DNA of 64,000 nucleotides. Source: Candidatus Nealsonbacteria bacterium. Its GTDB lineage: Bacteria; Patescibacteriota; Minisyncoccia; Minisyncoccales; MHMH01. Below, piece after piece: positions 17,222 to 25,730 of this stretch. The notes under the pieces are model-generated. The model did not search any database. It saw only the letters and a list, made by a program, of their open reading frames with translations, and had not been told where the DNA came from. The DNA lies in NCBI GenBank assembly GCA_016181965.1, contig JACOYH010000003.1, positions 129,013 through 193,012 of the forward strand, read 5' to 3'. Within the stretch, counting starts at the first letter, position 1, and every line of letters begins with the position of its first letter. A program made the translations under genes and the position numbers.

Positions 17222-18628
17222 CTACAATGTAGCAGAGCGCATATCTTTTTTCAACTTTGGGCCGGCCTCCGTGTCTTCCACTTGCCAGCCAAGGCGGGCG
17301 ATTCTTTCTCTGATTTCGTCTGCCTTGGGCCAGTTTCTATCTTTTCGATATTTCTCTCTTTCTTCAGCGAGTTCCAAAACCACCGCAGGGATTGATTTTT
17401 TCTGCGGCCAGAATATAACTTTAAAAACGCGGTCAATTTTTTTCAAAAATGCCACGACATTTTGCGCATCGGTTTTGCTCAATAAATTTTGATCTATCAG
17501 GGCGTTGCCCTGCTTGATGAGTTCGAAAATAACAGCCATGGCTTTTGGGGTGTTAAAATCATCTTCCATGGCTTCGGCAAAATTCGTTTGAAATTCTGAT
17601 ATCTTGAGGTTCGACATCTGCGGAAGGCCGAACCCCCTTAATGACGATAACTTGTCCACAAACTCATCTATTCTCGCCAGCTCTCTTTCTGCCTGTAAAA
17701 GAGATGACTCCGCGTAATCCAACCCGGAGCGGTAATGGGTCTTCAGAACTAAGAATCTCAAGAGACGCGCTGAATATTTTTTAAGAAAGTCCTGTATCGC
17801 GATGAAGTTGCCGAGTGACTTCGACATTTTTTGCCCCCCGACCGTCAAAAAGCCCGTGTGCAGCCAGTATCTAACCATGGGCTTCTTTCCCGAGAGCGCT
17901 TCCATTTGGGCAATTTCTGCTTCGTGGTGCGGGAATATCAAATCCTTGGCGCCGCCGTGCATATCATATCGATAGCCGAAAAACTTTTGACTAATAGCGG
18001 TATCTTCTATGTGCCAGCCGGGTCTGCCAGGACCCCATGGACTGGGCCATGACGGCTCTCCGTCCCTAGATAATTTCCAAAGAGCAAAATCGCCCTTGTT
18101 TCTTTTTTCTTTGGAATCGTCAATCCGGGAAACAGCGTCCTCGGCCTGGAGAGCGGTTCGTAGGGAAAGTTCGCCGTAGTTCTTGAATTTCTTGATATCG
18201 TAATAAACGCCGTCTGAGATTTGATAAGCAAAACTTTTCGCCCTAAGCTTTTTTACTTGTACGATTATCTCTTTTATATAGTCGGTAGCTCTGGCGTATT
18301 TGGTGACCGAGTTTACTTTCAGCGCTTTCATATCCTTGAAATATTCCCGTTCGAAATTCCTGGCCATTTTTAAGGGAGGCATATTTTTTTCCTTGGCTCG
18401 CTGGATGATTTTGTCGTCTATGTCGGTGATATTTTGCAGATAGAAAACATCGAAGCCCTTCTCCTTGAGGTATCTTACGATTACGTCAAAAGCCACATAA
18501 GTGCGGGCATGGCCAATATGTGAAAAGTCATATACCGTCGGGCCGCAGACAAAAAGTTCGAGGAAGTCGCGTTTTCTCGTCTTTAATATTTCCTTATCGC
18601 GAGATAGCGTGTTATAGACCTTAAGCAT
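17222..18628 (-). CDS. cysS: cysteine--tRNA ligase
   Basis: HIGHARTY (HIGH) and KMSKSLGN (KMSKS) motifs. 468 aa. Confidence 0.95.
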   Translation of the reverse strand: MLKVYNTLSRDKEILKTRKRDFLELFVCGPTVYDFSHIGHARTYVAFDVIVRYLKEKGFDVFYLQNITDIDDKIIQRAKEKNMPPLKMARNFEREYFKDMKALKVNSVTKYARATDYIKEIIVQVKKLRAKSFAYQISDGVYYDIKKFKNYGELSLRTALQAEDAVSRIDDSKEKRNKGDFALWKLSRDGEPSWPSPWGPGRPGWHIEDTAISQKFFGYRYDMHGGAKDLIFPHHEAEIAQMEALSGKKPMVRYWLHTGFLTVGGQKMSKSLGNFIAIQDFLKKYSARLLRFLVLKTHYRSGLDYAESSLLQAERELARIDEFVDKLSSLRGFGLPQMSNLKISEFQTNFAEAMEDDFNTPKAMAVIFELIKQGNALIDQNLLSKTDAQNVVAFLKKIDRVFKVIFWPQKKSIPAVVLELAEEREKYRKDRNWPKADEIRERIARLGWQVEDTEAGPKLKKDMRSATL

Positions 18629-18635
18629 TAATTGT

Positions 18636-18644
18636 ATTTTAGCA
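18636..18644 (-). promoter_or_regulatory. extended -10 TGcTAAAAT, 7 nt upstream of cysS ATG (minus strand)
   Basis: Reverse complement of 18636-18644 is TGCTAAAAT, then acaatta, then ATG at 18628. Confidence 0.45.
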
Positions 18645-18651
18645 TTTTTAA

Positions 18652-18660
18652 TGATACTAT
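18652..18660 (+). promoter_or_regulatory. extended -10 TGaTACTAT, 6 nt upstream of gtrA-like ATG
   Basis: TGA 18652-18654, TACTAT 18655-18660, gacaaa, then ATG 18667. Confidence 0.45.
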
Positions 18661-18666
18661 GACAAA

Positions 18667-19095
18667 ATGCAACTCATATTTCGCCAGGCAATAAAATTTA
18701 TTTTGATCGGCATACTGAATACGGTCATTGATTTGGGCATACTAAACGTTTTAATCTTAATCTCGGGCGTATCCGCCGGCCTTAGCTATTCAATATTTAA
18801 GGGAATCAGTTTTACTGCGGCCGTCATCAACAGTTATTTTTTAAATAAATCTTGGACTTTTCAGAGAGGCGCGACAGGCGCGCCCCGAAAAGAATTTACG
18901 CAATTTTTTATAGCGAGCGTTATCGGCTTTGGCATAAATGTCAGCACAGCGTCTTTCGTGGTTAACTTTATCGGACCCCAACTCGGCGTTGGGGCTAATA
19001 TCTGGGCAAACGTTGGAGCAATTCTGGCAACGCTTACGGCTATGTTCTGGAACTTCCTTACTTATAAGTTTATTGTTTTCAAAAAATATGTCTAA
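18667..19095 (+). CDS. GtrA-family membrane protein
   Basis: 142 aa, 4 TM. KFILIGILNTVIDLGILN...WNFLTYKFIVF pattern of the GtrA family. Confidence 0.8.
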   Translation: MQLIFRQAIKFILIGILNTVIDLGILNVLILISGVSAGLSYSIFKGISFTAAVINSYFLNKSWTFQRGATGAPRKEFTQFFIASVIGFGINVSTASFVVNFIGPQLGVGANIWANVGAILATLTAMFWNFLTYKFIVFKKYV

Positions 19096-20179
19096 TTTGG
19101 TTTTATACCGAAAATATAGGCCGAAGACATTTGGCGAGGTAGTGGGCCAGAATCACGTTGTGCAGACGCTGACCAATGCGGTATCTTCCGGTTTGATTTC
19201 CCACGCTTATCTTTTTGCCGGCCCTCGCGGCTCTGGCAAAACCACTATTGCCCGCCTGCTGGCAAAGTCGCTAAACTGCGAAAGCCGGGAAGAGGGGCAA
19301 TTTGAGCCGTGCGGCAAGTGCTCCTCGTGTTTAGAAATCAGCGCCAATCGGGCTATGGATTTAATAGAAATTGACGCGGCGTCCAATAGGGGCGTTGATG
19401 ATATCCGCGAGCTGAGGGAGGGGGCTCGCTTTGCTCCCGCAAAGTCAAAGTATAAGATTTTCATCATAGACGAATCGCACCAGCTTTCAAAAGACGCGGC
19501 TAACGCCTTGCTTAAAACACTGGAAGAGCCGCCCAGCCACGCTGTTTTTATTTTAGCCACCACGGAGTTGCACAAAATGTTGCCGACTATCATTTCTCGC
19601 TGCCAAAGGTTTGACTTTCGGAAACTAACGATTCCGGAAATCGTGGGTAATCTTGAGGCGATTTCCAAAAAAGAAGGAACGAAGATGGAGAAGCCAGCTC
19701 TGGATCTTATTGCCGTTAATTCCGGCGGTTCTTTGAGAGATGCTTTGGGTTTGTTAAATCAGGTCATGACCTTTGGGGCTAAAAGCGCAGAAGAGATAAA
19801 GGACTTGTTGGGCATGGTGGACACGCAAACTGTCGCCCAATTTGCCGAGTTTCTTTGCCAAAAACAAGGCGCTGAAGCCATAAAGTATCTCAACGATATT
19901 TTGGAGAAGGGGAAAGACCCCCAGGACTTCACCAAAGCGCTCATTAATTATTTTAGGCAGAGTTTGGTTTTGAGAATATCTCCCGGGTTAACCAATCCTA
20001 TCTTGGTGGGATTTTCGCCGGAAGAAGAGCAGACGATCAAAGGGCAGGTTGAAAGATGGAACGAGAGCGATTTGCGAGTGGCCCTAAAGCTCTTTTTGGA
20101 TGCGGAGAACAAAATGCGCCACTCTTCCATAATTCAGCTGCCCCTTGAATTGGCCATTGTTGAATTATTAAGTCATTAA
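19088..20179 (+). CDS. dnaX: DNA polymerase III subunit gamma/tau (short form)
   Basis: ORF 18938..20179, start moved to ATG 19088 (MSNLVLYRKYRPKTFGEVVGQ). GPRGSGKTT, zinc module CGKCSSC, IIDESHQL, SRCQRF. Confidence 0.9.
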   Translation: MSNLVLYRKYRPKTFGEVVGQNHVVQTLTNAVSSGLISHAYLFAGPRGSGKTTIARLLAKSLNCESREEGQFEPCGKCSSCLEISANRAMDLIEIDAASNRGVDDIRELREGARFAPAKSKYKIFIIDESHQLSKDAANALLKTLEEPPSHAVFILATTELHKMLPTIISRCQRFDFRKLTIPEIVGNLEAISKKEGTKMEKPALDLIAVNSGGSLRDALGLLNQVMTFGAKSAEEIKDLLGMVDTQTVAQFAEFLCQKQGAEAIKYLNDILEKGKDPQDFTKALINYFRQSLVLRISPGLTNPILVGFSPEEEQTIKGQVERWNESDLRVALKLFLDAENKMRHSSIIQLPLELAIVELLSH

Positions 20180-20240
20180 GTCATTAAGTCATTAAGTCAT
20201 TAAGTCATTGAGTCATTAAGTCATTGAGTCATTAAGTCAT
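20169..20240. repeat. tandem array of nine 8-mers T(A/G)AGTCAT
   Basis: Units at 20169, 20177, ... 20233; units 6 and 8 are TGAGTCAT. The dnaX stop codon lies in unit 2 (TAA 20177-20179). The array ends 1 nt before ATG 20242. Confidence 0.95.
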
Positions 20241-20241
20241 T

Positions 20242-20604
20242 ATGAGCGAGATAAAGTCATTCCAAGATTTGAATGTCTGGAAAGAATCTCATTTTTTAAC
20301 ATTGGAAATATATAAAATTACAAAGAATTTTCCTAAAGAAGAAAACTACGGAATAATTTCGCAATTAAGAAGAGCGTCTTCTTCTGTCCCTGCTAACATT
20401 GCCGAGGGAATGGGCAAGAATACTACCAAAGAGTTATTAAACTTTATATATAATGCCAGAGGATCTTTATCAGAAACTATTTATCACTTGATTTTAAGTA
20501 ATGATTTGGGGTATATAAAAGAGGCCGAATTTGATACATTACATAGTCGATATAACGGATTAGCGAAGGGCGTTAATGTGTTTATTTCAAAGTTAAAAAC
20601 TTAA
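20242..20604 (+). CDS. four-helix-bundle protein (23S rRNA intervening-sequence protein / Avd-like family)
   Basis: 120 aa. YGIISQLRRASSSVPANIAEG...ARGSLSET is the signature I recognise for this family. Confidence 0.85.
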   Translation: MSEIKSFQDLNVWKESHFLTLEIYKITKNFPKEENYGIISQLRRASSSVPANIAEGMGKNTTKELLNFIYNARGSLSETIYHLILSNDLGYIKEAEFDTLHSRYNGLAKGVNVFISKLKT

Positions 20605-20632
20605 TCACTCAGTGACTTAATCACTCAGTGAC
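20601..20632. repeat. two tandem 16-mers TTAATCACTCAGTGAC, imperfect inverted copy of the upstream 8-mer array
   Basis: Units at 20601-20616 and 20617-20632. Reverse complement GTCACTGAGTGATTAA versus upstream GTCATTGAGTCATTAA. Confidence 0.9.
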
Positions 20633-20640
20633 TTAGTTAT

Positions 20641-20711
20641 TGCGGGGTCGTCTAACGGTAGGACATCAGGTTTTGGTCCTGAGTATCGGGGTTCGAATCC
20701 CTGCCCCGCAG
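20641..20711 (+). tRNA. tRNA-Gln (anticodon TTG), no encoded CCA
   Basis: Acceptor TGCGGGG/CCCCGCA with the U1:A72 pair typical of tRNA-Gln. Anticodon stem TCAGG/CCTGA, loop TTTTGGT. T-arm CGGGG-TTCGAAT-CCCTG. Confidence 0.85.
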
Positions 20712-20718
20712 CACTTCG

Positions 20719-21348
20719 ATGATGGTTATGATGGCGGTTGAACCTCCACCGTCCTATTTTATGGATTTTAACTTATTTATTCAGATTATTTTTATTTTTA
20801 TTTTCTCCGTGGTTTTGGCTGCCTTGGAATCGCAAATAGAAGGAGATGCGGGTTGGGCCGGAAATTTACCCACATGGAAGCCCTCTCTTGCTCATTGGTA
20901 CGTCCGTTTTTACAGGAGGATAATGTCCGGCAAGGATATGACTGGGTACCATTTGTTCATCTTTGGCTTGGTTTTCCTTTTTATGCATTATCCGTATTTT
21001 GCCGGTAAGGAGTGGAGTTGGTCTTCGGAGTGGGCCACACTTTCTTTATTTTTTCTATTAACTATTTTTTGGGATTTTTTATGGTTTGTAATCAATCCCC
21101 GTTATGACTTCCGTCATTTTTGGGCGCGAAAAGTTTGGTGGCACAAAAAATGGTTTTTGCATTTACCGATTGACTACTGGTTTGGCTTCATGTTTTCCGC
21201 CATACTCTATGTTAAATTTTCTTTAAATTGGTTATTGTTTCGGGAGTGGCTGGAGATAGTAGCTTTATTCCTTGCTCTTACTTTAACCGTAGTTATTTTT
21301 GCCATTAAAGTTGGCATATTCACTATAGACAGCCAAGAACAAAACTGA
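20719..21348 (+). CDS. hypothetical polytopic membrane protein, Trp/Phe-rich
   Basis: 209 aa, about 5 hydrophobic segments. No family recognised. Confidence 0.5.
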   Translation: MMVMMAVEPPPSYFMDFNLFIQIIFIFIFSVVLAALESQIEGDAGWAGNLPTWKPSLAHWYVRFYRRIMSGKDMTGYHLFIFGLVFLFMHYPYFAGKEWSWSSEWATLSLFFLLTIFWDFLWFVINPRYDFRHFWARKVWWHKKWFLHLPIDYWFGFMFSAILYVKFSLNWLLFREWLEIVALFLALTLTVVIFAIKVGIFTIDSQEQN

Positions 21349-21377
21349 TTTTGTTTACTAGTTCAAAATTCAAATAG

Positions 21378-21402
21378 AGGAGATTTATTCTCCTTTTTTT
21401 AT
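21378..21402 (+). terminator. intrinsic terminator
   Basis: AGGAGA-tttat-TCTCCT followed by T7. Confidence 0.6.
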
Positions 21403-21433
21403 TTTTCGTGTAATATAAAAAAAGTATATATTT

Positions 21434-21865
21434 ATGATGAAAATCATTGGCGGGTTCGTTGCGCTTTTGGCAATGCTATCATTTTTTGCTCATCAAGAGG
21501 AAGAGGCGTCGGTTTGTTTTGAAAGGCGCTGTTTTAATGTTGAGGTGGCTTCGGACGAGGAGGCGAGGCGCAAGGGGTTGATGTTTAGGGAAAAGTTAGA
21601 TGACAACCGCGGCATGCTTTTTGTGTTTGAGGACTCGGGGTTATACGATTTTTGGATGAAAAACACGTCTATGGTTTTAGATATTATCTGGATTGATGAA
21701 GATGGCCGGGTCGTCTATGTTTCAGAAAACGCCGAGCCATGTTCGACAACGTCATGCGCGCCCATATTGCCCGACAAAGCGGCAAAATATGTTTTAGAAA
21801 TAAAGGGGGGATTGGTTTCGGAACTCAATATAAAGGAAGGCGGTATAGCGAATTTACGCTATTAA
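21434..21865 (+). CDS. DUF192 (COG1430) domain protein with signal peptide
   Basis: RKGLMFREKLDDNRGMLFVFE..FWMKNTSMVLDIIWIDEDGRVVYV matches the DUF192 pattern. Confidence 0.75.
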   Translation: MMKIIGGFVALLAMLSFFAHQEEEASVCFERRCFNVEVASDEEARRKGLMFREKLDDNRGMLFVFEDSGLYDFWMKNTSMVLDIIWIDEDGRVVYVSENAEPCSTTSCAPILPDKAAKYVLEIKGGLVSELNIKEGGIANLRY

Positions 21866-21880
21866 TGTTCAGATTTATGC

Positions 21881-21909
21881 TTGACAGGTGCGGCATTTTG
21901 CTATATAAT
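21881..21909 (+). promoter_or_regulatory. consensus sigma70 promoter TTGACA-17-TATAAT
   Basis: TTGACA 21881-21886, TATAAT 21904-21909. GAGGAGG SD at 21928-21934, 7 nt before TTG 21942. Confidence 0.6.
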
Positions 21910-21941
21910 ACAGCCATCTAATCAGTTGAGGAGGAAGGGAA

Positions 21942-22481
21942 TTGAAAAAAATTCTGGAAGGAATTTGGCTGTTCATGCGCTATGGGCCATGCAAGGTTGT
22001 TGAGTGGCGAGAACAAGCAAGTTGTGATGCCTTAACCGGCCTTCGCAATCGCACTTTGTTTTGCGAAGTAGCAAGACATGAATTGGCGATGGCGGCGCGC
22101 AATGCCAGTCCGGTTGCCGTGTTGCTCATTGATATCAACGATTTCAAACAAATTAATGATGCCGAGGGGCATCAAGCTGGAGACCATGTTCTGCGGGATA
22201 CGGCAAAAATACTAACGCACATCTGCCGCCGCGAGGTTGACTTGGTTGCGCGTTGGGGCGGCGATGAATTCGTCGTCCTGCTGCCGCAAACCGACTTGCC
22301 AAAAGCTCGTGAGCTCGCTCAGCGCATAAACACGGCGGAGATAATGTCGCCGAAGGGTCGGCGAGTGACATTGAGTTGCGGCGCGTCTGTCAAGCATATG
22401 AAAAACGTTTCATTGGAGTGCTTGATTGACGAGGCAGATCGGGAGATGTACGCGCAAAAAAGGCCTAAGCAAAAAGCTTAG
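21942..22481 (+). CDS. stand-alone GGDEF-domain diguanylate cyclase
   Basis: 179 aa, TTG start. DALTGLRNR, GGDEF at nt 22257-22271, RxxD I-site (REVD) five residues upstream. No sensor domain. Confidence 0.85.
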   Translation: MKKILEGIWLFMRYGPCKVVEWREQASCDALTGLRNRTLFCEVARHELAMAARNASPVAVLLIDINDFKQINDAEGHQAGDHVLRDTAKILTHICRREVDLVARWGGDEFVVLLPQTDLPKARELAQRINTAEIMSPKGRRVTLSCGASVKHMKNVSLECLIDEADREMYAQKRPKQKA

Positions 22482-22489
22482 GCCTTTTG
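22461..22489 (+). terminator. intrinsic terminator (stop codon inside stem)
   Basis: AGGCCTAAGC-aaaaa-GCTTAGGCCT followed by TTTTGT. Confidence 0.7.
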
Positions 22490-22502
22490 TAATGTTAGAC
22501 AT

Positions 22503-23447
22503 TCAATGTCTAACATGCAGGACAAGATGGGCGGTATAGAGGTCTTGAAAAGCGAGGCCGGTGGAATCGAAGATAGTGATTTCTTCATCCGTTTCTCTGC
22601 CGACTATTTTTCCCGCAACGACATCCCCGAGCTCGGCATGGATGTTTTCTTTTGTAATCAGTCCTCTTTCTATGGGAACATTTATTTCTCCGCTGTGCGA
22701 GGCCTGCTCCCAATGGTCAACGACTATCTTGCTTCTTTTTAAAATTTCCGGCTCAAGCTCTTCCTTATCTTTGGCGTCGGCGCCGATAGCGTTGATATGA
22801 GTCCCGGGCAATATCCATTCATTTTTAACAATGGGATTTCTGGCCGGTGTCGTGGTGGCCAAGATATCTGTTTTCGCCGCTTCCTCCAAAGACGCCTTTT
22901 TTATTTTTATCCCCAATCTTTCTAAATTTTCGGCCAGACGCGCAATGCTTTCCGTATTAGTGTCGTAAACCAAGATTTCTTGTATTTCTCTGACCTTAAC
23001 CGCGGCTATTATTTGGAAAAACGCCTGTTGGCCGGCGCCGATTACTCCAAGTGTTTTTGAATTTTTTCTTGAAAGATATTTCGCTGCCACCGCTCCCGCA
23101 GCGCCGGTTCTTATGCCAGTCAACCAAGCCGCGTCCATTATGGCTAACGGTTGGCCGTCTTTGGCATCATTCAAAACAACGATAGCTCCGACCGTTGGCA
23201 GGCCTTTTTGAGGATTTTGCGGGTGGACATTGACTATCTTTGTGCCGGCTATTTTTAACACCGACGAATAGCAGGGCATTATTCTTAGGTCGCCCTGGTA
23301 TTCCTTAAAATCAAGATATTGTTTTGGCGGCATTTGGATTAAGCCGGCCGCGTAATCGGCAAAGCCCTTTTCAACCACGTCGATAATTTGCTGAATTTTT
23401 TCGGCAGATATGATTTCTTTGACCTCTTTTTCGCTTATGATTTTCAT
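22503..23447 (-). CDS. ornithine cyclodeaminase / mu-crystallin family protein
   Basis: 314 aa. Rossmann GVIGAGQQA. Family-typical LRIMPCY...AGTKIVNVHPQN and INAIGAD. Confidence 0.8.
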   Translation of the reverse strand: MKIISEKEVKEIISAEKIQQIIDVVEKGFADYAAGLIQMPPKQYLDFKEYQGDLRIMPCYSSVLKIAGTKIVNVHPQNPQKGLPTVGAIVVLNDAKDGQPLAIMDAAWLTGIRTGAAGAVAAKYLSRKNSKTLGVIGAGQQAFFQIIAAVKVREIQEILVYDTNTESIARLAENLERLGIKIKKASLEEAAKTDILATTTPARNPIVKNEWILPGTHINAIGADAKDKEELEPEILKRSKIVVDHWEQASHSGEINVPIERGLITKENIHAELGDVVAGKIVGRETDEEITIFDSTGLAFQDLYTAHLVLHVRH

Positions 23448-23563
23448 ATTTTTTTTATTATGTTTTGTTTATTAATTTATAACTTTGATTATAGCATGGC
23501 AGAAGATTATTGGACAGAAAAAGCAATTTGTGATACGTTTATTGACGAAGGAGGAAACATTAT

Positions 23564-23962
23564 ATGGCGCATTACTGTAAATATTTTATAGTCCACTGCA
23601 TTGATTTTAGATTTGGCAGGGCGATAAAAGATTATCTTGAAAAAGAAGAGATGCTTGGAGATTGCGATATTGTTTCCGTTGCCGGCGGCGTGAAGGATGC
23701 TGGCCTTATTTTGGGTCAACTTGAGATATCCCTGAAGCTGCACAATGTTCAAGAAGCCGTGCTGATTGGTCACATTGATTGCGGGGCTTACGGCGGCAGT
23801 GGCGAGTTTGTCTCTTTTGAGCAAGAACGCGAGTTCCAGCTTGGAGAACTAAAGAAAGCCAGAGATATGATTTTGGCAAAATATCCCTCATTGAAAGCGA
23901 GAATGGCGCTGGCAAAAATTGAACCTTCGGGAGAAGTTATATTTGAAGGTATTAATGCCTAA
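23564..23962 (+). CDS. small protein with beta-carbonic-anhydrase-like CxDxR...HxxCG motifs
   Basis: 132 aa. HCIDFRF and GHIDCGAYGG. GGAGG SD upstream. Assignment is by motif only. Confidence 0.4.
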   Translation: MAHYCKYFIVHCIDFRFGRAIKDYLEKEEMLGDCDIVSVAGGVKDAGLILGQLEISLKLHNVQEAVLIGHIDCGAYGGSGEFVSFEQEREFQLGELKKARDMILAKYPSLKARMALAKIEPSGEVIFEGINA

Positions 23963-23990
23963 ATCCGATTTCGGGTTTAGGTATTTTTTT
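23958..23990 (+). terminator. intrinsic terminator
   Basis: CCTAAATCCGA..TCGGGTTTAGG followed by TATTTTTTT. Confidence 0.6.
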
Positions 23991-24245
23991 ATGATTCAAG
24001 AAACCGAAAATAAAAGCAAAAAAGGTAGGCAAGCTCTTTATGGAGCCATTGGCTTGGCTTGGGAATTGGGATATATGATTACCTTGCCCTTGGTCGTTTT
24101 GGCTGTTTTGGGCAGATTTTTGGATAAAAATTACTCAACCTCGCCGCTTTTTCTGATTGCGGGCATTCTTCTGGCTATAGCCGTTTCCGGGTTATTGGTT
24201 TTCAGAAAAACCAAAAGGATTATGGATGAAGCAAGCAAGCAGTAA
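23991..24245 (+). CDS. AtpZ/AtpI-like small membrane protein of the ATP synthase operon
   Basis: ORF 23919..24245, start moved to ATG 23991, which lies after the terminator. Two TM helices (GLAWELGYMITLPLVVLAVLG...). Position upstream of atpB. Confidence 0.55.
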   Translation: MIQETENKSKKGRQALYGAIGLAWELGYMITLPLVVLAVLGRFLDKNYSTSPLFLIAGILLAIAVSGLLVFRKTKRIMDEASKQ

Positions 24246-24248
24246 TCT

Positions 24249-24974
24249 ATGCATATTTCCTTTTTTGCGGAGAAACTAATAGAGATTTGGGGGCTGCCGA
24301 TATCTGATACTCTGCTTATGTCTTGGGTTTCCATGTCTTTACTGATTATTTTAGGACTTTTTGTAAAAAGTAATTTGAAAACTGTGCCCGGTAAATTTCA
24401 ATGCTTAGTTGAGGCCCTAATCGAGGGAATGGCAAGCTTTATGACAACCGTTACGGGCGATAAAGACAAAACAAAAAAATTCTTCCCCCTGGTGGCGACT
24501 CTTTTTATTTTCATTTTAATTTCTAATTGGCTGGGCATCCTGCCGGGCGTAGGATCCATCGGTTTGGTCGAGCACGAAGAGTTTATTCCTCTTTTTCGTT
24601 CGACTAACAGCGATATCAATATGACCCTGGCTCTTTCTATAATTTCAGTGGCGGCTACGCAGATTTTTGGCATTGCCATGGTTGGTTTTTCCCATCATTT
24701 TTCCCGCTTTATTTCCATTAAGGGACCTATTCAATTCTTTACCGGTATTTTGGAACTCATTGCCGAAATAGCGAAAGTCATCTCTTTTTCCTTCCGGCTT
24801 TTCGGGAACATATTTGCAGGAGAGGTGCTTCTTATGGTAATTTTTTTCTTAGTGCCTGTAATCGTGCCTTTGCCCTTTTTGTTCTTGGAGATTTTCGTGG
24901 GTTTTATTCAGGCACTGGTCTTTGCAATGCTTACGCTGGTATTTCTAACCGTCGCTACCAGCAAGGAGCATTGA
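24249..24974 (+). CDS. atpB: F0F1 ATP synthase subunit a
   Basis: Polytopic. SFSFRLFGNIFAGEVLL contains the conserved Arg motif. Confidence 0.9.
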   Translation: MHISFFAEKLIEIWGLPISDTLLMSWVSMSLLIILGLFVKSNLKTVPGKFQCLVEALIEGMASFMTTVTGDKDKTKKFFPLVATLFIFILISNWLGILPGVGSIGLVEHEEFIPLFRSTNSDINMTLALSIISVAATQIFGIAMVGFSHHFSRFISIKGPIQFFTGILELIAEIAKVISFSFRLFGNIFAGEVLLMVIFFLVPVIVPLPFLFLEIFVGFIQALVFAMLTLVFLTVATSKEH

Positions 24975-24997
24975 GCAATAAATAATTAATAAAATAA

Positions 24998-25231
<234 letters not shown>

Positions 25232-25235
25232 ATTA

Positions 25236-25730
25236 GTGCTTGAAGCCCTCGGTATCGACTGGAAACTGCTTTTATTCCAGATAATAAATTTTTTGCTCTT
25301 GATGTTTATCCTAAAAAAGGTTTTGTACAAACCCATGCTTAGCTTTTTGGAAAACCGCAGCAAGAAAATCGAGGAGGGCTTGGCAAAGGCAGAAAAATTC
25401 GAGGCAGAGTGGCAGAAAATCAAGGAAGCGGAAAAAGAAAGAATTGCCGAGGTTGAGAAAAAGGCGACCCAGATGATGGAAAAAGCGAGAATAGACGCCG
25501 TCGCAAGAGAAAAGGAAATCCTGGAACTCGCCCAGCAAAAGTCGCTGAAAATCATCGATGAAGCAAAAAAAGAAATATCTCGGGAGAAAGAAAAGGCCTC
25601 CGAAGAATTAAAAAATGAAATGTCGGGATTTATCGTCTTTGCGACGGAGAAAATTTTAGGAAGGGAGATGAGGGATAAAGACGAAAAGGGATTCATTAAG
25701 GAAACTATTGAGGCGCTAAAAAACCAATGA
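25236..25730 (+). CDS. atpF: F0F1 ATP synthase subunit b
   Basis: GTG start. One TM, then a long charged helix. Operon position. Confidence 0.85.
   Translation: MLEALGIDWKLLLFQIINFLLLMFILKKVLYKPMLSFLENRSKKIEEGLAKAEKFEAEWQKIKEAEKERIAEVEKKATQMMEKARIDAVAREKEILELAQQKSLKIIDEAKKEISREKEKASEELKNEMSGFIVFATEKILGREMRDKDEKGFIKETIEALKNQ

Noticed and set aside
18938-19087. N-terminal extensions of tracked ORFs: 628, 7838, 18938, 23919, 27604, 39025, 49406, 50419, 56255, 57012 and 57859.
   Set aside because: The conserved N-termini of the proteins begin at internal ATGs (682, 7865, 19088, 23991, 27619, 39109, 49457, 50476, 56285, 57057, 57949). The extensions overlap upstream genes or terminators.
20169-20240. 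The tandem repeat array as a possible CRISPR array.
   Set aside because: The period is only 8 nt with no spacers, and there are no cas genes. It is a microsatellite-like array that forms one arm of an inverted repeat.
20242-20604. The four-helix-bundle protein as the Avd component of a diversity-generating retroelement.
   Set aside because: No reverse transcriptase, template/variable repeat pair or target gene is present anywhere in the window.
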